DNA from: Polyangiales bacterium
GTDB lineage: Bacteria > Myxococcota_A > Polyangia > Polyangiales > Polyangiaceae
Length of the DNA: 64,000 nt
Assembly: GCA_038231275.1 (NCBI GenBank)
Contig: JBBRLQ010000001.1
Location: 128,001-192,000 of the forward strand
Reading direction: 5' to 3'
Positions 1-10,823 of this stretch are shown here, one piece after another. Every line of letters starts with the position of its first letter. The stretch's first letter is position 1. The notes under the pieces are model-generated. The model saw only the letters and a list, made by a program, of their open reading frames with translations. It made no database searches and was not told the DNA's origin. A program made the position numbers and the translations under genes.

Positions 1-552
1 GCGGTCTACCACGGCATGGTGACGTACTCGGCCAACTGGGACGACGTCGACGACACCGTGATCCTCGGCGATCTCGACGTCGTCGGCATCAACGCGTTCT
101 ACCCGCTCGCCGACAAGGACGGCGCCGGCTTCCCCGAGCTCCTCGCCGGCGGCGGCCGCGTCCGCGACAAAGTCCACCGCCTCGCCGAGACGTGGCGACG
201 ACCCGTCCTCTTCACGGAGATCGGCTACACGACGCGACGTGATCCCGCGATCCGACCATGGGAGTGGCCGGACGGGATGAAGGACGTGAAGATCGACGAG
301 CAAGCGCAAGCGCGCGCGTACTGGGCGCTCCTCGCGCCGCTGCTCGATGAGCCTTATTTTGCCGGGTTTTTCGTGTGGCGCGTCTACGCCGATCCGGACG
401 ACGTGTCGCAAGAGGCGGAGTGGGGCTTCTCTCCGCGCGGCAAGCTCGCCGAGCTCGTCGTCCGTGACGCGTTCGCTGCGTCATGGGCCGCCGATCCCGA
501 GCGCAGATCGGGGTGGGCTCCCGGCGCAGAGGTGCCGGGAGTGTGGCCGTAA
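1..552 (+). CDS. Glycoside hydrolase, GH113-like TIM barrel (5' truncated by window edge)
   Basis: Frame is open from position 1. Motifs TYSANWD, DVVGINAFYPL, VLFTEIGY and GFFVW are typical of GH113-like clan GH-A enzymes. Confidence 0.7.
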   Translation, partial: AVYHGMVTYSANWDDVDDTVILGDLDVVGINAFYPLADKDGAGFPELLAGGGRVRDKVHRLAETWRRPVLFTEIGYTTRRDPAIRPWEWPDGMKDVKIDEQAQARAYWALLAPLLDEPYFAGFFVWRVYADPDDVSQEAEWGFSPRGKLAELVVRDAFAASWAADPERRSGWAPGAEVPGVWP

Positions 553-553
553 G

Positions 554-1450
554 TCAGTTGGTGATGAGAAAATCGTCGTAGTCGGTCGAGATGGCGTCCG
601 CCGGGCCATCGATCGCGCCGCCCACGAAGAACTCGATCTTGCCCGAGCTCGTCACGAATGGGTACTGCACGGTCGACGCACTGACGCCGTTGTCGAAGCT
701 GACGGTGAGGAGGTTTCCGAAGGTGACGTCGACGTCGAACCGGCGCCACTCGTCGGACGCCGCAGGGAGGATCATGGGCTGAAAATCGCCATTCTGGTGC
801 GCAAGGTCGTTGGGGCAATGCGCGGTGATCCCCGGATTCGCGGTGGTAGCGCCGTAGCCGATCGTGCAGTTGGTCGCGCCTGTGGCTACGCTCGTCAAGT
901 AGAAGCGGAAGAACTCCACGCGCCCCCCCGCAGCCGTTGGGTCTCCGGCGAGGTACTTAATCCTCATCGAGATGTGGAAGTGCGTCTGGGTGTCGGACAA
1001 CTTCATCGTGAGCTGTCCCTTCCCGCTCTGGCCTGTCGAGAAGAGGGGGCTCGTGAAGGCCAACGCGCCAGGGGGCGAGACGCCGGAGTCCACGAGGCCG
1101 AGCTTGGCCGGGCTGATCGTATCCTCGAGCGTCGTAACGAGTGTCCCGCGAATGTAACCTCGATGGAGCACGCCTTCGTCGAAGTCCGCGCAAAACACTG
1201 CGTCGGCTTGCGCGGCGCAGCGCAATGGGCCGGCGTCGGCGGCCGCGTCGGTCGAGGCCCCGTCCGCAGCGTCGACGGCCGGCGCGTCGGCAGAGGCGTC
1301 GCTACCGGCATCGGCGTCGGGTAGTCCCGAATCGCCCGCGTCCGCCGGGTCGCTCGAGTACGCGATGTCGTCGATTTGGAGCACGGCGCTGCACGCGCTC
1401 GCTGCGGCAGCGACGGCGAGCACGACCGCGGCCAAACGCGAGGGCGCCAT
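554..1450 (-). CDS. Hypothetical lipoprotein (beta-sandwich-like C-terminus)
   Basis: Signal peptide ending ASAC, Asp/Ala-rich DAG linker, CADFDEG motif, beta-rich C-terminus. Confidence 0.65.
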   Translation of the reverse strand: MAPSRLAAVVLAVAAAASACSAVLQIDDIAYSSDPADAGDSGLPDADAGSDASADAPAVDAADGASTDAAADAGPLRCAAQADAVFCADFDEGVLHRGYIRGTLVTTLEDTISPAKLGLVDSGVSPPGALAFTSPLFSTGQSGKGQLTMKLSDTQTHFHISMRIKYLAGDPTAAGGRVEFFRFYLTSVATGATNCTIGYGATTANPGITAHCPNDLAHQNGDFQPMILPAASDEWRRFDVDVTFGNLLTVSFDNGVSASTVQYPFVTSSGKIEFFVGGAIDGPADAISTDYDDFLITN

Positions 1451-1568
1451 GTCTTCAGTCTAGGGCGGAAGTCGTTTGCCCGTGCGTGGCAAACGACTCG
1501 AGCGACCCCCGGAGGCCGGTAGAAGTTGGCCCCGCGCGCGGCCCCTTTCTACGATCGCCCGGCCGCCC

Positions 1569-2627
1569 ATGCCGCGCCTGACCACGCTCGCCCTCCTCGT
1601 CTCGCTCGCCGCGGGCAGCTGGTTCGGCCTCGGAAAGCCCGACGTCGCCCAGGCCGCGCAAGGCTTGCGCGCGGCGCGTACGTTGGCGGCGCGGGCGTTC
1701 GTGTCGGGTGGTTCGTTCCCGCACGCGGGGATGCCACCGGTGGAGCCCGCGACGCCGGGTGTCGATCCCACACTCCTCCCCGATCCGACGCCGTGGCCAC
1801 GCCTCAACCCCACGGTCTCGACCCGTCGCGCGTGGCTGCTCGCGGAAGGGCCGCACCACGCGCCGGGAGACGGTCGCCGACTCGTCACCTTCACGTTCGA
1901 CGACGGTCCGTTCCCCGAGACCACGCCGGTCTTCCTCAAGGTCCTCGCCCGCCACGAGGTGAAGGCCGCCTTCTTCTGGATCGGCCACTACCTCGACGGC
2001 GACGCCGATCGCGCCGTGAAGACCCGCGAGATCGCGCGCCAGGTCTCCGCCGAAGGGCACCTCGTCGGCAACCACACGCACGATCACATGCGCCTCACGA
2101 TCCTCCCGCGCACGGACGTGCTGGAGCAGATCGATCGCGGGAGCTTGTCGATCGAAAACGCCATCGGAAAGCGCCCGACGCTGTTTCGGCCGCCATTCGG
2201 TCAGCTGGACGCGTGGACGAGCGAGCGCCTGCAGGAGCGCGGCGCCGAGCTGGTCTTGTGGAGTGTCGAGGCCAGCGACATGAAGAGCGACGACGCGCAG
2301 GCGATCTTCGACAGCCTCCGCGAGCAGCTCGAATATGCCGGCGGCGGCGTCGTGCTGCTCCATGACGTTCGATGGGCGTCGGCCGAGGCGCTCGACAAGC
2401 TCCTCACTTGGCTCGGCCACCACCGCTGGGATCCCGCGAAGCCCGAGGTCGTCGGCTACCAGGTCACCGACCTCGTAGGGTACCTCCGCGCCACCGCGTC
2501 CCATCCCCAGCCGTACGACGATCGTGGCGCGCTCGAGCAAGCGCGCAGCGCGGAGTGGCGAAAGCAGCACCCCTCACGTGCGGCCCCGCCCGCCGTGCTC
2601 GCGACGACCGGCTCGGAAGCGCTCTGA
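1569..2627 (+). CDS. Polysaccharide deacetylase (NodB/CE4 family), secreted
   Basis: TFDDGP, GNHTHDH, FRPPFG and VLLHD motifs; N-terminal signal peptide. Confidence 0.9.
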   Translation: MPRLTTLALLVSLAAGSWFGLGKPDVAQAAQGLRAARTLAARAFVSGGSFPHAGMPPVEPATPGVDPTLLPDPTPWPRLNPTVSTRRAWLLAEGPHHAPGDGRRLVTFTFDDGPFPETTPVFLKVLARHEVKAAFFWIGHYLDGDADRAVKTREIARQVSAEGHLVGNHTHDHMRLTILPRTDVLEQIDRGSLSIENAIGKRPTLFRPPFGQLDAWTSERLQERGAELVLWSVEASDMKSDDAQAIFDSLREQLEYAGGGVVLLHDVRWASAEALDKLLTWLGHHRWDPAKPEVVGYQVTDLVGYLRATASHPQPYDDRGALEQARSAEWRKQHPSRAAPPAVLATTGSEAL

Positions 2628-2714
2628 CGAGGGTGCTAGGGTAGGAGATTCCAGGAGTCGTGCGGATGCGGGGGCGTCGATGAGGCCGTTGAGGGGTGCG
2701 TTACCGCGATCGGT

Positions 2715-3896
2715 GTGGAGGCGCTCGTGAGCGATCGGCCCAGCATTCCGCTGCTCGCCGGGAGCAAGGAGCTCGCCCCGCTGCTCGAGGTCGCCATCGA
2801 GCACCTCGACGATGCGATCCTCGTCACCGAGGGCGACGCTTGCACGCCACGGCGGATCGTCTACGTAAACCCGGCCTTCTCGCGGATGACCGGGTTCGCG
2901 TTCCACGAGGCCGTCGGCAAGACGCCGGACATCACGATCGGTCCCGACACCGATCGCGTAGCGCTCGCGCGCATCCAAGAGGCGCGCGCGGAAAAGAGAG
3001 CGGTACGCGAAGAGATCCTCAAGTACCGGAAGGACGGCACGACGTTCTGGGCCGAGCTCGACGTCTTGCCCGTCCTCGACGAGAGCGGCGCGGTCACGCA
3101 TTACCTCGGCGTGGTGCGCGAGGTCTCCGAGCGGAAGGCGCTGCAAGCGCGCCTGCTGGAGGCGGATCGCCTGGCCTCCCTGGGTACGCTCGTCGCCGGC
3201 ATCGCACACGAGATCAACAACCCGCTTTCGTACATCCTCGCGAACCTGAAGTTCGTCGGCGAGATCCTCGGCGCGCCGCAGGGACCGAACGGGTTGACGC
3301 TCGCCGCCGCCGATGTCACGGAGCTGCGGACCGCGCTGGAAGAGGTCGAGCTCGGCGCCGAGCGCGTCAAGCGCATCGTGAAGGATCTGCGCGTCTTCTC
3401 GCGCGCCGAGCACGCGAAGACGGAGCCCGTCGATCTTGCCGAGATCGTCTCTGCGTCGCTCAAGCTGGTGCGCGCGGAGATCGGCGACCGCGCGCTGGTG
3501 GTCCAGCAGCTCGACGGCTGCGGCAAGGTCGTCGGCGACACGAGCCGCCTCGGGCAGGTCTTCGTCAACGTGCTGCTGAACGCCGCGCAGGCCCTGCCGA
3601 CCGACGCGCCGATGGGCGGATGCATCGAGATCCGCGGGCAGCGCGAGGGCGGGATCGTTCGCGTTCAGGTCTCCGACGACGGCGCCGGCATCGCGCCCGA
3701 GAACCTGGGGCGCATCTTCCAGCCGTTCTTCACCACCAAGCCGGTCGGGGTCGGCACCGGACTCGGCCTTCCGATTTGCCAGAGCATCGTGGCGGCCCTC
3801 GGCGGCCGCATCTCCATCGAGAGCGTGCTCGGCGAAGGGACGACGGTGACCCTCGAGCTCGTCGCCGCCAAGGACCCGCCGATCACCCGCCCGTGA
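2715..3896 (+). CDS. PAS-domain sensor histidine kinase
   Basis: PAS/PAC (YVNPAF..YRKDGTTFW), H-box AHEINNPL, N-box, DDGAG, FFTTK and GTGLGL. Confidence 0.93.
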   Translation: MEALVSDRPSIPLLAGSKELAPLLEVAIEHLDDAILVTEGDACTPRRIVYVNPAFSRMTGFAFHEAVGKTPDITIGPDTDRVALARIQEARAEKRAVREEILKYRKDGTTFWAELDVLPVLDESGAVTHYLGVVREVSERKALQARLLEADRLASLGTLVAGIAHEINNPLSYILANLKFVGEILGAPQGPNGLTLAAADVTELRTALEEVELGAERVKRIVKDLRVFSRAEHAKTEPVDLAEIVSASLKLVRAEIGDRALVVQQLDGCGKVVGDTSRLGQVFVNVLLNAAQALPTDAPMGGCIEIRGQREGGIVRVQVSDDGAGIAPENLGRIFQPFFTTKPVGVGTGLGLPICQSIVAALGGRISIESVLGEGTTVTLELVAAKDPPITRP

Positions 3897-4593
3897 TGGA
3901 CTCGCAGATGCGCTTGCCTTCGGCGCCGCTCGGCTGCCCGTCCTTCACGTCGATTTTGCAGTAGCCGTCGTTCCGCAGCATGTCGACCATCTCGACGACC
4001 GCCGCGTCGCCCCACCGGCGCTGGCCGTCGAAGCGCGCGCGAATGACGCCGCGCTTGTCGATGATGAACGTCTCCGGGAAGAGGTGCGTCCCGTACTTGC
4101 CCATGACGACGTCCGCCTCGGGATCGAAGAGGATCGTGAACGGCGGCGCCTCGTCGCGGAGGACGCCCTTCAGCGTGTCCCTCACCGAATCGGGCCCCTC
4201 GTCGGTCGAGACCGCGAGCACCGCGACGTCGGCGCGCGAGCTCAAGATGCGCGTGAGATCGGCGAGCTCCGGCATCTCCTCGAGGCAAGGACCGCACGTC
4301 TTGGTCCAGAAATTCAGGACGACGACCTTGCCGCGGTACGCCGACAGGCTCACCGTCTCCCCCTTCATGCCCTTCAGCGCGAAGTCCGGGGCCTTGCGAT
4401 CGGCGCCCGCGTAGTCGGGGTGCAGGATGCACGTCGCGCTGCACTGGCGGCGGGCCTCTCCCTCGCGCGCGACGTTGACGAAGCTGTAGACGAGCACCGC
4501 CGCCGCCGCGACGAAGACGAGGTGGACGAGCATGAACAGCTGCTCGCTCTTGACGGGTGCTGCTTCCTTGCTCTTCTTTTGACGCTCGGCCAT
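3883..4593 (-). CDS. TlpA/ResA-like membrane-anchored thiol-disulfide oxidoreductase
   Basis: N-terminal TM helix, APDF, VVLNFWTKTCGPC (CxxC), FPETFIID. Confidence 0.85.
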   Translation of the reverse strand: MAERQKKSKEAAPVKSEQLFMLVHLVFVAAAAVLVYSFVNVAREGEARRQCSATCILHPDYAGADRKAPDFALKGMKGETVSLSAYRGKVVVLNFWTKTCGPCLEEMPELADLTRILSSRADVAVLAVSTDEGPDSVRDTLKGVLRDEAPPFTILFDPEADVVMGKYGTHLFPETFIIDKRGVIRARFDGQRRWGDAAVVEMVDMLRNDGYCKIDVKDGQPSGAEGKRICESITGG

Positions 4594-4607
4594 CGCCCGC
4601 AAAGCTA

Positions 4608-6083
<1,476 letters not shown>

Positions 6084-6213
6084 AGGGACCGTGTTCCTGC
6101 TGGATTTCGCGCGAACTTGCAAATGGGGCGAACTGCCCCACCGGCCCTCGGCATCCCGCGAGCGCGCCTGTGGTATTCGAAATCCCTCGGGTTTCGAGAG
6201 GGGAGCGCATCGC

Positions 6214-7362
6214 ATGCACGTGGTTTCTCGCCGAATCTTCGCCGCTGGGCTCGCGCTCTGCACCTGGACCGCGCTCACCACCGGCTGCGGCAAGAAGACC
6301 GACGACATCGCGGTCGGCGCGTACCTCTCCCTCTCCGGCTCGGACTCGACGTTCGGCACCGACACGCGCGACGGCATCGAGCTCGCGGTGCAACAGACGA
6401 ACGCGGCCGGGGGCATCCGCGGCAAGAAGCTCCGCGTCATCTACGAGGACGACAAATCGACCGCCGCCGAGGCGACCAACAAGGTCCGTCAGCTCATCGA
6501 TCGCGACGGCGTGTACGCGCTCCTCGGCGAGGTCGCGTCGAGCCGCTCCCTCGCCGGTGGCCTCATCGCCAACAGCAAGAAGATCCCGATGGTGACGCCG
6601 TCGTCGACGGCGGTCGAGGTCACCAAGGATCGCGAGTACGTCTTTCGCACCTGCTTCACGAACACGCAGCAGGGCGACGTCGCCGCGCGCTTCCTCCACG
6701 ACAAACTGAAAAAGACGAAGGTGGGCGTCTTCTACGTCGCGCAGGACAACTACTCGTCCGGCCTCGCGCAGGCGTTCAAGGACAGCTTCACCAAGCTCGG
6801 CGGAACGATCGTCATCGAGAAAGGCTACCCGGCGAAGGAGACGAACTTCACCACGTTCCTCGAGGCGTTCAAGGCGGCGAGCCCCGAGGCGATCTTCGTC
6901 CCGAACTACTACAGCGACATGGTGCAGATCGCCCGGCAAGCAAAGAGCGTCGGCATTCCCGGCTCGATGTTCGTCGGCGGCGACGCGTGGGACAGCGAAG
7001 ATCTCATCCAAGGCGCCGGCGCCGAGCTCGAGGGCGCGTACTTCATGAACCACTACGCGCCCGACGTGCCGTGGGAGAGCTCGCGCGCGTTCGTGAAGAG
7101 CTTCAAAGAGAAGTTCGGGCACGACCCCGGAAGCATCGCCGCGCAGGGGTACGACGGCGCGCGCCTCCTCTTCGACGCGATCGCGCGCGCGACCGAGCTG
7201 ACACCCGAGGCGATCAAGAACGCGATCGCGGACACCAAGAATTTCCAGGGCGCGACGGGGATGCTGACGATCGACAAGGATCACAACGCGAACAAGCCGA
7301 TCGTCGTCGTGCAGGTGAAGAACAAGAAATTCACCTACGTCGATCAGCTGACCTCCCAGTAG
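6214..7362 (+). CDS. Branched-chain amino acid ABC transporter substrate-binding lipoprotein (LivK/LivJ family)
   Basis: NAAGGIRGKKL, EDDKS, LGEVASS, YVFRTCF and AAQGYD motifs; lipobox LTTGC. Confidence 0.9.
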   Translation: MHVVSRRIFAAGLALCTWTALTTGCGKKTDDIAVGAYLSLSGSDSTFGTDTRDGIELAVQQTNAAGGIRGKKLRVIYEDDKSTAAEATNKVRQLIDRDGVYALLGEVASSRSLAGGLIANSKKIPMVTPSSTAVEVTKDREYVFRTCFTNTQQGDVAARFLHDKLKKTKVGVFYVAQDNYSSGLAQAFKDSFTKLGGTIVIEKGYPAKETNFTTFLEAFKAASPEAIFVPNYYSDMVQIARQAKSVGIPGSMFVGGDAWDSEDLIQGAGAELEGAYFMNHYAPDVPWESSRAFVKSFKEKFGHDPGSIAAQGYDGARLLFDAIARATELTPEAIKNAIADTKNFQGATGMLTIDKDHNANKPIVVVQVKNKKFTYVDQLTSQ

Positions 7363-7380
7363 GCCACCTAGAAGCCCGTC

Positions 7381-8256
7381 GTGCACAAGGTCTTCGAGGC
7401 GATCGTCACCGGGCTCGCGCAGGGGTCGATGATCGCGCTCGTCGCGCTCGGGTACACGATGGTGTACGGCGTCCTCAGGCTGATCAACTTCGCGCACAGC
7501 GAGGTGTTCATGATGGCCGCGTACGTCGGCCTCTTCGTCATCACGGCCCTCGGCGGCGCGGCGAGCCCGGTGGCGGCGGGAGCGATCGGCGCGGTGCTCA
7601 CGATGGCCGCGGCGTCGCTCCTCGGCGTGACCGTCGAGCGCCTCGCGTACCGTCCCTTGCGCGGACGCGGCAAGGGTCCGCTCGCGCGCGTGACGCCGCT
7701 CGTGACGGCGATCGGTATGTCGGTCCTCCTCCAGAACCTCGCGCAGCTCCTCTTCACGGCGCGCTACCGCCCGTACCCGCGCCTCTTCGAGCAGACGCGG
7801 CCGGTCATCTTCGTCGTCGCGGTGGTGGTGATGGTGGCGCTCGAGCTGGTCGTGAAGCGCACGTGGTTCGGCAAGGCGATGCGCGCGCTCAGCGTGAACG
7901 AAGAGGGGGCGCGGCTGATGGGCATCCGGACGGGCCGCGTGATCGCGACGACGTTCGCGCTCGGCTCGTCGCTCGCCGCGGTGGGAGCGATCTTGTTCTG
8001 CCTCGACCAGTCGCAGGTCTACCCGACGATGGGCGTCGTCATCGGTACGCGCGCGTTCGTCGCGGCGGTCCTCGGCGGGATCGGGAGCATTCCTGGAGCC
8101 ATGCTCGGCGGACTGCTCATCGGCGTGCTTGGAGAGCTCGTGAAGCTGACGGACTACTCGGGCGGCGTGGACGTGCTGGTCTTCCTGGTCTTGATCGCGG
8201 TGCTCCTGGTCCGCCCGTCGGGGCTCATGGGAGCGGCGCGGGCGGAGAAGGTCTAA
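7381..8256 (+). CDS. livH: Branched-chain amino acid ABC transporter permease
   Basis: ALVALGYTMVYGVLRLINFAH, GKAMRA and AAVLGGIGSIPGAMLGG. Confidence 0.9.
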   Translation: MHKVFEAIVTGLAQGSMIALVALGYTMVYGVLRLINFAHSEVFMMAAYVGLFVITALGGAASPVAAGAIGAVLTMAAASLLGVTVERLAYRPLRGRGKGPLARVTPLVTAIGMSVLLQNLAQLLFTARYRPYPRLFEQTRPVIFVVAVVVMVALELVVKRTWFGKAMRALSVNEEGARLMGIRTGRVIATTFALGSSLAAVGAILFCLDQSQVYPTMGVVIGTRAFVAAVLGGIGSIPGAMLGGLLIGVLGELVKLTDYSGGVDVLVFLVLIAVLLVRPSGLMGAARAEKV

Positions 8257-8275
8257 GAAATCGACCCATCGACGC

Positions 8276-8305
8276 TTGACTGACCGCCGGTCAGTGACTT
8301 AGGGT
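8276..8305 (+). promoter_or_regulatory. Sigma70-like promoter overlapped by a palindromic operator (putative TetR autoregulatory site)
   Basis: TTGACT (8276-8281) and TAGGGT (8300-8305). Perfect inverted repeat ACTGACCG-C-CGGTCAGT at 8279-8295, directly upstream of a TetR gene. Confidence 0.7.
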
Positions 8306-8313
8306 CGCCCGCC

Positions 8314-8937
8314 ATGAACGCCGGAACGGAGCCGATCACACGCAAAGAGAAGGCGGACGACACGCGCGCACGCCTCTTCTTCGCCGCGGCCGCGCTGTTC
8401 GCGGAGCAGGGCTACCACGCGACGACCGTCGATCAGATCGCGAAGAAGGCCGGCGTCGCGAAGGGCACGTTCTTTGTTCACTTCCCCGCGAAGGCCGCGG
8501 TGGTGACCGAGCTCGTGCGCATCCAGACGCGCGCGGCGCGGCGTGAGCGGGAGCGGCTTCTAGCAGAGGGTGCGTCGCCGGTCGCGCGCCTTCGAGCGAC
8601 GGTGATGACCCTGGGCGAGCGCGCGGGAGGGAGCCGGACGTTGTCGCGCGCGGTGCTCGCGGCGGGGCTGGAGAGCCCGGACGTCGGCGGCGCGACCGAT
8701 GCGCTCTTCCATGAGGTCTTCCGGCTGATGATCGAGGACGTGAACGAGGCGCAGAAGAAGCGCCTCCTCGCGCCCAAGCCCGACGCGGAGACGCTCGCGG
8801 GTGTGCTGATGGCGTCGTACCTCGGCGCCGCGCTCCACTTCACGACGACGCCGGACGCGAAGGCGCTCATGGACATCCTGACGCCGCTCCTCGACGCGAA
8901 CTTGCAGGCCTTGACCACCAAGAAGGGCTCCCGATGA
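8314..8937 (+). CDS. TetR/AcrR family transcriptional regulator
   Basis: LFAEQGYHATTVDQIAKKAGVAKGTFFVHFPAK HTH. Confidence 0.93.
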   Translation: MNAGTEPITRKEKADDTRARLFFAAAALFAEQGYHATTVDQIAKKAGVAKGTFFVHFPAKAAVVTELVRIQTRAARRERERLLAEGASPVARLRATVMTLGERAGGSRTLSRAVLAAGLESPDVGGATDALFHEVFRLMIEDVNEAQKKRLLAPKPDAETLAGVLMASYLGAALHFTTTPDAKALMDILTPLLDANLQALTTKKGSR

Positions 8938-9989
8938 ACACCCCTCGCAGCTTCTCCTCGAGCGTTGCGGCGCTTTCTCTCGCGCTGCTCCTGGGTGTGT
9001 GGGCGTGCGGCAGCTCGGGCGGCACGACCGACACGGTCCCCGCAGCCCCTGGCGCCGGCGCCGGCACCGACGCGTCCGTCCCTGCTCCCGACGCGGCCAA
9101 CCCCGCGCCCGACGCCGGTCTCCCGGGGTTCGACGCCGCTCCTCCTCCGCTCGCCGCGTGCAGCGGAAAGTCCGCGCAAACAAAACGTGACGACACGTGG
9201 CAGCTCGCGTTCGGTGCCGACACGCGGACGTTCGATGTTCACTTCCCGGCGACGTACGATCCGAACGTCCCCACGCCGGTCATCCTCAACTTCCACGGCT
9301 TCACGTCGAACGCGCCGGAGGAGGTGCTCCTCAGCAACATGAACGACAAGGCCGACACCGCCGGCTTCATCGTCGTGTACCCGCAAGGGACCGGCACCGC
9401 GCAGAGCTGGAACGCCGGCGCGTGCTGCGGCGACGCGGCCGCGCAGAAGAAGGACGACGTCGGTCTCGTCGGCGCCATCCTCGACATGCTCGAGGACCGC
9501 CTCTGTGTCGACGCCAAGCGCGTCTACGCCACCGGCATGTCGAACGGCGGCTTCATGTCGCACCGCCTCGCGTGCGAGCTTTCGACGCGCATCGCCGCGG
9601 TCGCGCCGGTCGCCGGTGTCCTCGGCATCCCGACGTGCACGCCGACGCGGCCGGTGCCGGTCATCCATTTCCACGGCACGCTCGATCCGCTCGTTCCCTA
9701 CGCGGGCAGCGCGGTGCTCGGCTTCCCCTCGGTGCCCGACACGTTCGCGGCCTGGGCCAAGCGCGAGTCGTGCACGGGCGACGCCATCGAGACCTACCGC
9801 AAGGCGGACGCGCACTGCTCGTCGTACCAAGCGTGCGCGAACGGCAGCGAGATCACGCTCTGCACGGTCGACGGCGGCGGCCACACCTGGCCGGGTGGAA
9901 CTCCGGTCCCGACGCTCGGCTATACGTCGCCGAACCTCAGCGCGACCGACGCGATGTGGGACTTCTTCGCCAAGCACCCGATGCGCTGA
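8934..9989 (+). CDS. PHB depolymerase/LpqC-like esterase lipoprotein (alpha/beta hydrolase)
   Basis: LNFHG, VVYPQG, WNAGACC, GMSNGG nucleophile, HGTLD and GGHTWPG; ATGA overlap with the TetR gene. Confidence 0.88.
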   Translation: MNTPRSFSSSVAALSLALLLGVWACGSSGGTTDTVPAAPGAGAGTDASVPAPDAANPAPDAGLPGFDAAPPPLAACSGKSAQTKRDDTWQLAFGADTRTFDVHFPATYDPNVPTPVILNFHGFTSNAPEEVLLSNMNDKADTAGFIVVYPQGTGTAQSWNAGACCGDAAAQKKDDVGLVGAILDMLEDRLCVDAKRVYATGMSNGGFMSHRLACELSTRIAAVAPVAGVLGIPTCTPTRPVPVIHFHGTLDPLVPYAGSAVLGFPSVPDTFAAWAKRESCTGDAIETYRKADAHCSSYQACANGSEITLCTVDGGGHTWPGGTPVPTLGYTSPNLSATDAMWDFFAKHPMR

Positions 9990-10034
9990 GTAGAGCGGCG
10001 CCGAGCCTCGCGGGCGCGCGCAGGCGGACCGCGA

Positions 10035-10823
10035 TCAGCCGTTCAAGAAGACGCGAACGAACGACCTCGGCGCGCGTTTCTTGCGCACACACTTCGTCTT
10101 CGAGCTCATGTAGCAGACGGAGAACGCGCGGCGCGGGCGCCCGGTGGCGTTGAGGCCCGAGCGGTGCCACACGTGGTTGTGGATGAGGAGCACCTCGCCC
10201 GCGAGGACCGGCATCGCGACGATGTCCGCCTCTCCGCGCGCCGCGACGATGTGCGGCGGAACCACCCCTCCGAGCGGCGTCGCGAGCCCGGCGGTGTGCG
10301 TGCCCGGCAGGAATTCGACGCATCCCGCCTCCTCCGGTGCGTCGTCGAGCGCGGTCCAGATCTGGAGCTCCGGATCGCGATCGAGCCCCCAAAATCGCCC
10401 GCCGTCCTGGTGCCACGGCAAGTTCGAGCCGCCCTGGCTCGACTTGTTCATCAGGAACGCCCGGTAGATCGACACTTCGTCGCCGACGACCTCGCGCGCG
10501 ACGCGCCCGAACACCGGATTATTGATCCACGCCCAGTACGCTGGATCTTTTTCGAGCTTCTCGATCTTCCGGTAGTTCAAGGACGGGCCCTGCCATCCCT
10601 TGCCGTACTCGAGCTCGTCGTAGCGGTTGTTCTCGCTGTCCTTCTGGAAGAAGAGGCCCTCGTACGAGAGCTTGCCGAGCATCATCGCGTCGGCGCGCTC
10701 GCGCAGCGCCTCGAGCACCTCCATCGCGGCGACGCGACCCACGCGCGCGAAGCCGCGGGCGCGGTAGTCGCGCAGCGCGGCGTCGAGATCGAGGGTAGCG
10801 GCGGCTTCGGCGAGCACGGTCAC
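10035..10823 (-). CDS. Phytanoyl-CoA dioxygenase (PhyH) family Fe(II)/2OG enzyme
   Basis: WHQDG, WTALDDA..GCVEFLPGTH and distal WHRS..N..R; GTGA overlap with the upstream AKR stop. Confidence 0.85.
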   Translation of the reverse strand: MTVLAEAAATLDLDAALRDYRARGFARVGRVAAMEVLEALRERADAMMLGKLSYEGLFFQKDSENNRYDELEYGKGWQGPSLNYRKIEKLEKDPAYWAWINNPVFGRVAREVVGDEVSIYRAFLMNKSSQGGSNLPWHQDGGRFWGLDRDPELQIWTALDDAPEEAGCVEFLPGTHTAGLATPLGGVVPPHIVAARGEADIVAMPVLAGEVLLIHNHVWHRSGLNATGRPRRAFSVCYMSSKTKCVRKKRAPRSFVRVFLNG

